Of a stretch of 64,000 nt of DNA, positions 47,101 to 59,200 are shown one piece after another (position 1 is the first letter of the stretch; each line of letters begins with the position of its first letter). The notes under the pieces are model-generated. The model ran no database searches. It was not told where the DNA came from and worked only from the letters and a program-made list of their open reading frames with translations. Source of the stretch: Macrostomum lignano (lineage: Eukaryota); the NCBI GenBank assembly GCA_002269645.1, contig NIVC01000012.1, forward strand, positions 1,364,001-1,428,000, given 5' to 3'. A program made the position numbers and the translations under genes.

Positions 47101-50100
47101 AGAGGAGAGGAGAGGAGAGGAGAGGAGAGGAGAGGAGAGGAGAGGAGAGGAGAGGAGAGGAGAGGAGAGGAGAGGAGAGGAGAGGAGATGAGAGGAGAGG
47201 AGAGGAGAGGAGAGGAGAGGAGAGGATAGGATAGGAAAGGAGAGGAGAGGAGAGGAGAGGAGAGGAGAGGAGAGGAGAGGAGAGGAGAGGACAGGAGAGG
47301 GGAGAGGAGAGGAGAGGAGAGGAGAGGAGTGGAGAGGACAGGACAGGATAGGATAGGATAGGATAGGATAGGATAGGATAGGATAGGATAGGAGAGGAGA
47401 GGAGAGGAGAGGAGAGGAGAGGAGAGGAGAGGAGAGGAGAGGAGAGGAGAGGAGAGGATAAGATAGGATAGGACAGGATAGGATAGGACAGGATAGGACA
47501 GGATAGGATAGGATAGGACAGGATAGGATAGGATAGGACAGGATAGGATAGGATAGGACAGGATAGGACAGGATAGGATAGGACAGGACAGGACAGGACA
47601 GGATAGGAGAGGAGAGGAGAGGAGAGGAGAGGAGAAGAGAGGAGAGGAGAGGAGAGGAGAGGAGAGGAGAGAAGAGGAGAGGAGAGGAGAGGAGAGGAGA
47701 GGAGAGGAGAGGAGAGGAGAGGAGAGGAGAGGAGAGGAGAGGAGAGGAGAGGAGAGGAGAGGAGAGGAGAGGAGAGGAGAGGAGAGGAGAGGAGAGGAGA
47801 GGAGAGGAGAAGAGAGGAGAGGAGAGGAGAGGAGAGGAGAGGAGAGGAGAGGAGAGGAGAGGAGAGGAGAGGAGAGGAGAGGAGAGGAGAGGAGTGGAGA
47901 GAAGAGGAGAGGAGAGGAGAGGAGAGAAGAGGAGAGGAGAGGAGAGGAGAGGAGAGGAGAGGAGAGGAGAGGAGAGGAGAGGAGAGGAGAGGAGAGGAGA
48001 GGAGAGGAGAGGAGAGGAGAGGAGAGGAGAGGAGAGGAGAGGAGAGGAGAGGAGAGGAGAGGAGAGGAGAGGAGAGGAGAGGAGAGGAGATGAGAGGAGA
48101 GGAGAGGAGAGGAGAGGAGAGGAGAGGAGATGAGAGGAGATGAGAGGAGAGGAGAGGAGAGGAGAGGAGAGGAGAGGAGAGGAGAGGATAGGACAGGATA
48201 GGATAGGACAGGATAGGATAGGATAGGACAGGATAGGATAGGAGAGGAGAGGAGAGGATAGGATAGGATAGGAGAGGAGAGGAGTGGAGAGAAGAGGAGA
48301 GGAGAGGAGAGGAGAGGAGAGGAGAGGAGAGGAGAGGAGAGGAGAGGAGAGGAGAGGAGAGGAGAGGAGAGGAGAGGAGAGGAGAGGAGAGGACAGGAAA
48401 GGAAAGGACAGGCGTGGCGAGGTGACCAGTAGAGAGAGTTGCTACAAAATAAACCAGAGGGAATCCAGAGACAAACGCCAACCGAAAGAAGCGGGGCTTA
48501 GGCCGTAGAACGAGTCAGACTGAGGAAAAGCAGTACATGGGAAAGTATCGAGAGCAGATAAAGTGCATGGCTACTCAATCTGCAGTCAGTAAGCATCTGT
48601 TAGCCCAGCATTGGCAGCTCTGCAGCCCCTGGGAAGGCGAGAGACACCAACCAGTCGACAGGCAAGCAGCCTAGAAAATTCTTGGTCAATAAGATCGATG
48701 CTTAGCCAGACACTCGAACGGATAGAGTATCGCTATGGATGTGTGCGGTGAGTGCTTAACGCTTCAACGCCTGTAGCTATTGGCAAATGCAGTGTGTAGC
48801 CATCTAAGTGCTGTTATTTATTAGTTTTTTGCTGCTGTGAGGCGAGATTTTTATCTTAATAGCTTTACTATTCATACGAGCGTACGTGTGTACTTAGCCA
48901 TCCAAAATTAATTTGAGCGCTAAAGTTGTACGTTCTCAGGATGAAACATATCAGAGTGACACAATTGACAGTGAAATATTTGCACAGAGTGAAGCATCTT
49001 TTAAGGTTGAAAACTCACGTCAAGGAATCCGAGACGCGAAGCTCCCTGGCCAAGATGATTAAGTGCGGCGCTTGCGGCCACCGCGCCAGACGAAGTGGTC
49101 GCCAGTAGACCGCCGCCAGCGGCAACTTCGACAATGGCGCTGTCGCAAACATCGTCAACGTCCGGTACGTCGTCTTGGCCCTCGGTCAGACGGCGGGACA
49201 CGAGTATTTTAACGGTGGCACCGACTGGGATCGCCCTCAACAGACTGACAGCATCAGCCTGGCTCTGTCCAGTCAGCCTGTAGCCGTCGACCTCCAGGAT
49301 TCGATCCCCGGCCTTCAGTCGGCCGTCGCGAACGGCTGAACCGCGACCGAGCACGGCTTTGACGTAGATTCGATTCTGATGGCGACGACGCGGCTTGTGA
49401 TTGCTGGCGTCGTTGCCATGGCTACCAGTATCATTGTCGTCATTATTGGCAGTAGTACTATTAGCTCCAACGTCTCTATCGCCACCGCCGCCGCTGTTGT
49501 TATTATTGTTGTCGTTAACCGACATCGACGAGGTTGGACGCGATTCGTCAGCTGACGACAATTCAGAAGATGATGACGAAGGTGAACCAGCAACGGCGGA
49601 GGCCGCGCTGTCTGTGACGGAGAAGCCCAGTCCTTCTGCTGATTTGCAAATGTCGACGGCTAACACTTTGCGGCGTCGGCGACGTCGTCCGCTTGCGAAT
49701 GCTCGCTGATGTGGCCGCTGCTGCGGTTGAGCAACCTGCTGCTGAGGCGAGAGCGGGCGAGCTGCAGAGCAACTGGAGGCGTCTGCAGCTTCAGCAGCGG
49801 CGGGGGCGGCAGCGACAGCAGCGGAAGAAGAATCTTGATCGAAGCCCTCGGCCGAGACGGTAGGGGACGTCGCTGATACAGTTGGCGACTGAGCAGCGTT
49901 GGCTTGTTGGCCGCTTCTGCTGTTGCTACTAGAAGCAGGATTTCGCGGCAATAGACGCAACGTTATCATTGGAAAACGCGGCTGTTCCGCGTCTGTTGCC
50001 AGCATCTTTGATTTCATTTGCTGCTGCATCGCAGTCTGCTTTTGCTGCTGCCGACGCAGGGCTTCTCGAAGAACCTGTTGGGCTCTGAGGTTGGAAGTGC

Positions 50101-53100
50101 AGCTATCTGAGGGAGACTGCGGCGACTCTGTGGCGTATTTTGCAAGATATACTCAAGACGTATACTCAAAAACATTAAAAAGTCGTCACCTTTGAGAGAG
50201 CGCAGTAAATTGTAGCTCAGTATTGACTTTTGAGTGACGCAACTTGCGCCACGCGACGCAGAGTTGGGCTGGGTGAGGAGGGATTGGGATTGGGAAGAGC
50301 GGAGGGCGAAGATTGGATGCATTGAAGCTGCCGCCCGGTTTTCATTTTTTGTTCAAACATTTCTTAATATCAAAATGGTTGGCCAAGTGATAGACGCTGA
50401 TCGAAAGACACTGCTCACTGGGGCAAAGGGTGGCGACTCTTCAATGTTGCTGAGTACATCTACAGACGACTGTTTAAAGGTGATCTAGAGACACTATTCT
50501 CAATCATGTATCTATAGAAACACTATTCTCAATCAAGTATCTAGAGACACTCTTCTCAATCAAGTATCTAGAGACACTATTTCCAACAAGATATCGAGCT
50601 ATGATTGCAAGCCTACGTCTAGACATTATTGGTAAGACAATTATTATTTCTCATTATTGGAGGCTGTGTGCACCCTGGCGCACTTAAAGCGACATTGTAA
50701 AAAAACTTTTACCCAGGCACAATCACAAGTTAAAACGGCCATTTTTACACACCATTCAGCGGCTACACCAACAGATTTTTTTCAATTGATAAGAGCAGGC
50801 ATAATGCTATGATTTTATTAAACTAATTAAAATTTTGATAAAGTTTTAGACTCACTGATTATCTTATCTGATTGTTAATTCATCTGTCCCTCGCCACGCG
50901 CAATCAATGCACATCATACTCTCTGCCCAAGTGACCAACCAGTTCACCCTTCACATCTCTCGTCCAATCAAATCAAATTTGAAAGTGTGAAATGATTGGC
51001 TGCTCAAAATTGTGTTAAATTGACCGGTGTGCTGTGGGGGCATTACTGCCCATTTCGCAGAGGCACACAAGCGCGCGGATACGTACGCAGTCATACGCAC
51101 AGGCACACACTCACACAGGAGTGTACAGCGGCCCTAACTTATTTATCGTTAGGCATGTACACTTCACTGTGCCTTGGGGGGTTGGCCCTCAAGCTGGGCG
51201 TTAATTGCACGAGCAGAGCCAAGCCGAGATGCCAATTTAGTCTCAAAATTAATGTGACTGCACTTTGACTCAAGTCTGGGCCGCTGGCACATCAGAACGC
51301 CGCGGCACTGGGCTACGGCCCCCTTTGTTAAGAGCCGAAATCTCTGGATTAAACTTCCCAATGGCTAATCCACATCTACAAGCAGATGAGCAACTCACTG
51401 TTGAAATGACACTCCCAGCAACGAGCTGCCATCAATGGCCACAACTCGGTCGCCCGGCCGAACCAGAGCCGCCCAGGCCGGTTCGGACACGGACAGAATT
51501 TCCAACCCAGCTGACTGCTGCCTGCCGTCCAAAAACGGTTTAGTCGTTAACGGCCCAACGCATCGACTTGTGTTGGCCGACTTCAATGTATAGGAAACGG
51601 TCGGATCGATTGGCGGCAGTTTCACCGACAGGTAGCTGACCGTCTCAGCGGTGTCATCATTCTCAGTCGCCGCCGGGTAGTCCAGCTCGTCGTCTTCGCC
51701 ACGGTCCAGGTCATCGTCGGTGGCGGCAGAGGCGGTGGCGGCGGCTGTCTCCGACAATTGTCGAAGATATTCCGCCGGAGGAGGCGGCGGCAGCATCAAT
51801 GATTCGCGTCGACTGTCGGGTTTACTACTACTGTTATTATTATCAATATTATTGTTATCTTTATTATTTTCTTCGGAATTCGTTGTAACTGACGTCTTAG
51901 TTGATTTGACTGCGTTAACGGAGCCAGCTACTGACGACGTTCGAGGAGGGGGTGGCGGCGGCGGTGGCGGTGGCAGATGTGGAGGCGGCGGTGGAGGCGG
52001 CGGTGGAGGCGGCGGGGTGGCGGGGGCGGCGGTGGGGGCGGCAGATCAAAAGCGGTCGCCGACGAGACGCTGCAGGTTTCAGCTATTATCTAAAATATTT
52101 AGGCGAAGAGGACTGTAAACCACTGAGTAGACTTTCGGATTCAGCAATCTTAATTAACCTCAAGGCTTAATCCTCCTCAACAAGGTAAAAATCACCAAAA
52201 TGAAACCCTTATCGAGGCATAAATAATAAAAGTTTTCCCTTGGAGCGTAAATTCCTAAGTGTTTAACCCTTAAAGCCTAAATCTCAAAATCTCACCCATA
52301 GGAGCTTAAATCTCAGAATCTCACCCATAGGAGTTTATATCTCAGAATCTCACCCATAGAAGCTTATATCTCAGAATCTCACCCATAGAAGCTTATATCT
52401 CAGAATCTCACCCATATGAGCTTATATCTCAGAATCTCACCCATAGAAGCTTATATCTAAAATCCCACCCATATGAGCTTATATCTCAGAATCTCACCCA
52501 TAGAAGCTTATATCTCAGAATCTCACCCATAGAAGCTTAAATCTCAGAATCTCACCCATATGAGCTTATATCTCAGAATCTCACCCATAGAAGCTTATAT
52601 CTCAGAATCTCACCCATAGAAGCTTAAATCTCAGAATCTCACCCATATGAGCTTATATCTCAGAATCTCACCCATATGAGCTTATATCTCAGAATCTCAC
52701 CCATAGAAGCTTATATCTAAAATCCCACCCATAGGAGCTTATATCTCAGAATCTCACCCATCAGCGCCTAAATCTCAGAATCTCACCCATAGGGGCTTGT
52801 ATCTCAGAATCTCACCCATAGAAGCTTATATCTCAGAATCTCACCCATAGGAGCTTAAATCACAGAATTTCACCCATAACAGCTTAAATCTCAGAATCTC
52901 ACACATAGGAGCTTAAATCACATATCTCACCCATAGGATCTTAATCAAACTCTCCTCCCCTGAATTGAAGCCAAGGCTTCAACATCTTATCCCGTTAGAG
53001 TCTTTTAAATTAAGTAAATCCCATCGGATCAAGCACAGCCACAAACAGTCGCTAACCAGCTCCCTGTCGTCCACAACGTCCGCCACTCGATCGTTCCAAT

Positions 53101-53296
53101 CCAGAATGCCGCCATCCCTAGCCAAAGTTAGGCACGTGACTGTCACCTCGGATGCTTTGGTGGCGGCCACAGCTGCGGCGGCGGCGGCTGAACTGAACCT
53201 GCTGGCAGCTTTCTGAGCGAGATCGCGCACTGTGAGATCGCCTGTTCCGCAAGGTACAACTAGTTTAGTTGGGCCAAAACTGACTGTCACCTTCAT
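35121..53296 (-). CDS. par-3: Par-3/Bazooka polarity scaffold; exons 53296-53057, 52089-51399 (1-nt frame break), 50084-49019, 43320-43006, 42442-42041, 40004-39832, 38808-38672, 37461-37077, 35427-35121; ~1238 aa if one base is restored
   Basis: N-terminal MKVTVSFG.TK.VVPCG...DGGILD..D.V.DV.DDRE (CR1); three PDZ domains (GPL...RPGDRVVAIDG; GLGFSV...IYVK...DGRLKAGDRILEVDG; GLGVSI...VFVR...DGRL...DQLLSVNG); aPKC-site-like FGQRSLRERR; FLKGLFR. All splice phases fit except exon 2, which is 1 nt short. Confidence 0.92.
35508..35622. repeat. 43-bp tandem repeat x3, each with TGACGTCA
   Basis: TGACGTCA at 35512, 35555 and 35598. Confidence 0.85.
36440..36985. repeat. 21-bp minisatellite (GTTGACCCAAAGTCAGCAGAA/G)
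   Basis: About 26 units in a par-3 intron. Confidence 0.97.
37565..37935. repeat. ~27-32-bp minisatellite (GGGATGAGATATCTATGAGGATCTCTCTGTCT)
   Basis: About 12 units. Confidence 0.95.
37945..38470. repeat. 31-bp minisatellite (GAGAATCTTAATCTCATGGAAATAGACACAT)
   Basis: About 17 units, abutting the previous array. Confidence 0.97.
40125..40445. repeat. 28-bp minisatellite (GGCTGGCCCAGCAACTGAGGATCTTAGA)
   Basis: About 11 units; reverse complement of the array at 62720-63062. Confidence 0.95.
41270..42020. repeat. 29-bp minisatellite (ACCGTGAGTCATGACCCGCCTCACAACAA)
   Basis: About 26 units. Confidence 0.98.
42595..42990. repeat. ~19-20-bp purine-rich minisatellite (CACAGGGGAACAGGGGAAGA)
   Basis: Fills most of par-3 intron 42443-43005. 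Confidence 0.93.
43440..44125. repeat. Compound minisatellite: 24-bp unit (ATGATCCCGAATCCAGGGATTTCG), then 21-bp unit (CCCGAATCCATGGACTTCAAT)
   Basis: Shared CCCGAATCCA core; the unit switches near 43815-43850. Confidence 0.95.
44628..45250. repeat. 20-bp minisatellite (ATGACGCTAGAATCATGTAA)
   Basis: About 12 perfect units, followed by degenerate units. Confidence 0.96.
45962..48400. repeat. ~2.4-kb pentanucleotide (GGAGA)n tract with GGATA/GGACA variants
   Basis: Almost pure purine on the + strand; it explains the 848-aa SSPLL ORF. Confidence 0.99.
50482..50585. repeat. 27-bp tandem repeat x~4
   Basis: TCTAGAGACACTATTCTCAATCAAGTA units. Confidence 0.8.
50660..51325 (+). mobile_element. 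Unclassified interspersed repeat, copy 2 (split by ~330 bp of unrelated sequence)
   Basis: Homologous to 21225-21600. Confidence 0.7.
52280..52940. repeat. 29-bp minisatellite (TATATCTCAGAATCTCACCCATAGAAGCT)
   Basis: About 22 units in par-3 intron 1. A degenerate inverted relative with core CTATGGGTGAGATTC lies at ~38925-39080. Confidence 0.96.
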
Positions 53297-54593
53297 TTTG
53301 TACGCGACTTAAACTTTGAAATAAGTCAAATAGCCTGATTTGACTTCAATGATCAGCGACTAGCCTGTGTAGCTGGTCCACTAAATTGTGGACCGCCGTT
53401 GCTCTGCAATTAAAACAAAAATGTGGCAGCAAATTTAGAAAATATTATTTAATAATTCTGTATAAAAAATTTTTCTGCAGTGTACAAAAATTTCAAGTGA
53501 GGAAAAATACTTTAATTTAGATTTAAGTTGGCAAACAATGTACTAAAATAATGTTTTAATATTTTTGTGCTTAAAAACTGAAATTCATTAAGCATGAAAA
53601 AAATCAATTTTTGAATCAAAGTTACATTCTAAATAAAAAGCCTAAAAGTATGTAATTTACAAACTAATAATTTAGCTTCCTTAGTATAGAATTTTAAAAG
53701 TTAAAAAGCCTGTCGCAAAAAGACTAGATTTATATTGCTTAAAATTTTAGCATGAGATGTATTTAAATTATTTTTACAATGATATCAATTCCTTCATAAA
53801 TTTAGGGATAACTATAAAAACACTCATTTTCGCTGTTCGAATTTATGGCAACAATATGGCTTTTTAGAAGACCAACAATGTAGCAACAAGTATAACTCAT
53901 TTATTCTGGTAAATATGAGTTTTAGTACATTAAGAAAACAGCTAATTTTTACTATACATTAGGATTTAATTGTTCAAATAATAACAGAGCAGTTTAAATA
54001 AAATGGAAAGATGTGACACGATAGCGAATCTATGTGAAAGTGAAAGAAGTTATAAAAGTTAAAATTATTGAATGTAGGCACAGAAAATTTTTGTGAAAAG
54101 CTGGAGCTTTGACTTTTGATTCACTGCTTTAATGAATTGAAACTTTATTAGTTACTTTCGAGAGTAGCATTTTACACCACCTATTCTCTGGTTCAACATT
54201 TAGGACAATAAAAAAATATATCGTCTTTCGCATTTCGAAAAATTACATTTTTGTAAGTTATCGTTTTTTCGCAGTATAATATTCAAACAAAGTTTACTAG
54301 CTGTATCATAGATTGATCATTTTATATTTCTTTTCTAGATTTAATTTCAAAGTTTTATGTATTTCAAAATTATTTAAAGTAGGTAAGAGCAAAATATGCT
54401 TTTAACTTCTCGACTATAGCATTGGCACCATTTTGACCTCCTCTCCTATATCGTAGTTTTCATTGAACTAAATTTTACATTTGTGATTAAGTAATAATTT
54501 CCGATACTCTAGCGGTGTTCGAAGCGCAGAGGGTCCTATTTAAACATCCGTATTTCCAAATGCCCCTGGGAGCGTTTTAGTCGCCTAACAGGC

Positions 54594-56125
54594 ATGATTC
54601 GCCTCGAAACTCGTTTGACACGTAACTCTGCTAATTTTTTAACAGAGGAGGATGTTCTTGTTGTAGAAATAGATAAACAGGATGAGACTATTCGTAACTG
54701 CGGCAAGGAAAGCATGTCGAACGATTCCGTTGCTAATGATTCTATTAATGAATCGCGAGACGAATCATCTGCAACCGCCAGCAATACCTGTGACCTCAAT
54801 GGCCCGATGACAATATCAAGCACTACTAACTGGTCCGACGGTACATATGATTCACTTCCAGACGGTCGAGCACGCAGGAGAGAGCAGAAGCAGCTTGAGT
54901 TGGAACGAATGCAAGAATTACTAGCCGCTTGCTCAGTCTTCAGGTCCGTTCATAGCCGCGTTGACGACTGCTACACAAGAAACGCGATGAAAGTCATTCT
55001 AAACTTTCAAGACATGTACACAGATTATTTCGACAATATGAAAGCAATACACGAACGAACCGCGCGATTAAGGCAGCGAATTCAAGATTTGGACGATAAA
55101 TTTGAACGCGCTGACATTCGAGATATGTTGGGTGAGTGCTATTTAGTTTTTCGTAGCAAAGACGCAAGCATAAGCTTATAGACATTAGGCCTAAACACGT
55201 AATACTTCATACGCTAGAGTCATAAATGGCGGCATGTTGTTAATAAGCTTTACTTTAAAGAATAGTCACTTGAAAGGGTAGACCAGGTCAATTAAATTGT
55301 TGACAGTCACAATTATCCTATCCAGCTCATAATATATAAATTGCAATGAACGCGTTAGCTTAGTACTGTAGAGAAAGCTTATAATTGTTGCTATGCATAT
55401 ACGAGTACATGCACAGCGAGTAAAAGGAGACTTCAACCAACATTACGAGCGGTAAAGAGATTTTGAGAAAAATGACTCCCACAGAAATTCTCATGCCGTT
55501 CCCACCACTGAGTCGCATGAGACTTCTGAGGCGAGTATTGCTCGCCCAGCAAACAAAATAAAATTGCTTTTCAAACTTGTTCACTTTTAAGCATGGGGTT
55601 TGGTTTGTTTAAGAAGGGGAATGAGTAATAGGAAATGGAGAGTTTAGGTGCAGAGTCGAGGGAGAATGGGATTAACCGGGCGGCAGTTATTCTAGTAAAA
55701 ATGCTAGCAGTTTATTTAATGCCCGGGCAGTAAAGTTAGCATAGCCAATCTCCTGTGATTTGGACAGCCTTGCTTTTAACGCTAGCGCACTGAGTTTCCA
55801 GCTGTTGCTTGGAAAACTCAATTCGAAAACGTTGCCTTACTCAAATTATTCTACTCTGTGGTGGCAGTTAAAAATAAACAAACAATAAGTATGCAAGCTT
55901 ACTTTATTATTTTACAAACTTACCGATGGCACGTCAAGTCACCTAGTATAGATTTTTGTTTTAATTAGTGTCAAAAACTAGACAGAAAGATAAAGATATA
56001 ACCGCAAAAGAAAATCAATATTAGTTTAGTAAATTATAAAAAATGGGAATTGTAAATGAGCTCGAGTTGCACTACTTCATCCCCAGCAGCCCGCCTCACA
56101 AACAGACAGACACTAAGACAGACAG

Positions 56126-56192
<67 letters not shown>

Positions 56193-56195
56193 CTA

Positions 56196-56240
<45 letters not shown>

Positions 56241-59200
56241 CTAAGACAGACAGACAGACACTAAGACAGACAGACAGACTAGTGAGCCTAAGAAACCAGT
56301 TATCTGCCAAATGCCTCTAACAGGCATTCCTGAGCTGCAGCTCACTGCTGAGCAGCTGGGAGACATAGCGGCAGAATCCGACATTTCGCCGCCGACTCGA
56401 TCAGCCTCCAACAGCGAGCTCGGCCAGCTCTCGGCCGCAACTCGCCCTCCGTTAGTCACTCGACTTCGAGCCGCCGCCGAGGAGCGACCGAACGCGGAGG
56501 CGACGTCGGCGGCCCTGGCCGGTCTGCTGGCTGAGGAGACCGCAAAGCTGGCGGCGGCTCGAGCGCTGATTGAGCGCGGTCTTGCGGCCTCGCCAGCCCG
56601 CCTGTTTCGCTTCGGCCAATCGGCCGGATCTGAAGAGTCGATCGAAGCCGAGTTGGAGCTGGAGTCCGATCACGGCCGGCTGGACGAGTGTGGAGGCAGC
56701 GGCGACGGAGACGTGAGAGCCGCAGCCTCGTCCACACTTTCTGCCGCCGCCGCTGGACTGGTGAGACAAGCTGTCTGGAACTTATCTAAGATTTTTTAAA
56801 GTCTTTGAATAATCATCCAAAACTTTAGAGAGCAGTGATCCTTAGCCCTACAGAGCAGTGATCCTTAGCCCTACAGAGCAGTGATCCTTAGCCCTACAGA
56901 GCAGTGATCCTTAGCCTTACAGAGCAGTGATCCTTAGCCCTACAGAGCAGTGATCCTTAGCCCTACAGAGCAGTGATCCTTAGCCCTACAGAGCAGTGAT
57001 CCTTAGCCCTACAGAGCAGTGATCCTTAGCCCTACAGAGCAGTGATCCTTAGCCCTACAGAGCAGTGATCCTTAGCCCTACAGAGCAGTGATCCTTAGCC
57101 CTACAGAGCAGTGATCCTTAGCCCTACAGAGCAGTGATCCTTAGCCCTACAGAGCAGTGATCCTTAGCCCTACAGAGCAGTGATCCTTAGCCCCCACATT
57201 TGATCTGTGCTAAATTCTCTAAAAAATCGATAAACCATCAAAATAATATTTAGTAAATCTTTAAAATGCTAATTAATTCTCAGACACATTAACTTAGCAA
57301 ATTAGTATTTATAAATGCACAACATATGAAAGACATATTCAGTCTGTTATTTTTGCTAACTTGAAGCAGTTGCAAAGAAAACTATTTTTAGGAACCCACT
57401 ATCAATCTACCTTTCTTCTACCTTAGGTCTAATTGAGTCAAAGGTAGTAAAATATACAATAAAACAATTTGCCCTGCAGTGAATCAGATAAACGAGGGCA
57501 ATACACCCTCTGAGACGTAAATCCCCGTGTTTGAAGTGTACGGCAATCAATTGCTATCAATGGCAATCAATCAATCGATTTCCGCTTTGATTGCTCAAAT
57601 GCGATCTCTGCAATTTGCTGTTTTCTCAATTTTTCTGTAAGCTAACACGGATTCAACTACTGCTCACTGTTCTCTCTCTCTCCAAGCGAGGGTGTTTGGG
57701 ATGACTAGCTCTTAGAAATCCAACCCACCCCTCCCCCCTGGGGAAGCGATAAAGGATTTCAGCTCATGATTAAACTAACGCTTCGTGTTGGACTTTTCAA
57801 ACGGGCGATAAAGGGATTTTGTTGACGGGGATTGTAAAGGAGACTAACATACGATTTTGCGTGTGGCGTTATAAAGAGGTTTGCCAGGGCCGTTCCAGCA
57901 GGGTTGCCAGGAACGCTAAATCAGGGTTGCCAGGGACGCTAAAACAGGGTTGCCAGGGACGCTAAAACAGGGTTGCCAGGGACGCTAAAACAGGGTTGCC
58001 AGGGACGCTAAAACAGGGTTGCCTGGGACGCTAAAACAGGGTTGCCAGGGACGCTAAAACAGGGTTGCCCGGGACGCTAACACAGGGTTGCCCGGGACGC
58101 TAAAACAGGGTTGTCATGGACTTTAAAAACCAATTACCCTGTATGCTATTAAAGACATTGCCAAGGCCGAAGAATTGTCATCCAGGATGGGGTTGGCACC
58201 TGGGAATTATTAAAAAGATCTTGTCAACTGTACAGCTCAAAGAGTTGTGAAGAGTTGCTAGGGACACTAAATATTAAAAGGGCTTGACAGAGATTCTATG
58301 AAAGGGGTTGCCACGATTGCTATAAGGCAGAGTCTGCTAGCCGCGCTAAATTGATCGTTAAGGGTAATAAACTGCATGGGTTACCAAGGTCATTATGAAA
58401 TTTATCCATGAATCTAAATTAGCAAAAAAACTACTCCATCATCAAATTTACTTCCCAGCTTAATCGAATTCCGAAACTTCTCGACCGTTCAACTTCTATG
58501 CGACAAACCGCGGCGACAAATGTCGGTTCCTACAACTCAGCGGGCGTCAACGTTGCGGCGCCTAGCGCGACAATCGATCCGCTGACTGGGCGCCGTTGGA
58601 TCTCGGAGGACTCTGAGACGCCGGTGCCACGGCACCGCCTTGCCAAATTGAAAAGCGGCAATAAGAGTGGCGGACGTCGGAGCCTCACGAGGTCCAAGTC
58701 GGCTAGCGAGGAGCGATCGAAATCGACTGACGGCACCGGCTCTGACAGATGTGAGTTGGTACATATGGAGCGAGGCGTAGTTTAAATTGCCATCGGGTGT
58801 AGTTTGAGGCGCAATCGGTGTAGTTTGAGGCGCCATCGGGTGTAGTTTGAGGCGCAATCGGTGTAGTTGGAGGCGCAATCGATGTAGTTTGAGGCGCTAT
58901 CGGTGTAGTTTGAGGTGCCATCGGGTGTAGTTTGAGGCGCAATCGGTGTAGTTTGAGGCGCCATCGGGTGTAGTTTGAGACGCAATCTGTGTAGTTTGAG
59001 GCGCTATCGGTGTAGTTTGAGGCGCCATCGGGTGTAGTTTGAGGCGCCATCGGGTGTAGCTTGAATCGCCATCGGGTGTAGTTTGAGGCGCAATCCATCG
59101 AGTGTAGTTTGAGGCGCCATTACTGCTTCACCATGCCTTTACAGATCAGCCAAGCCTTCGCCAGCGTGGACCAGCGGGCCCAGAGTCGTCTCAAGTCACC

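Noticed and set aside
45935-48481. 848-aa minus-strand ORF (SSPLL repeats) and the plus-strand EERRG ORFs
   Set aside because: Translation of a pentanucleotide repeat with no stop codons by composition; it lies in a par-3 intron.
43321-49018. Missing par-3 exon suspected from a phase mismatch
   Set aside because: Resolved by the phase-0 acceptor TTTTTGCAG at 43321, which has a good pyrimidine tract.
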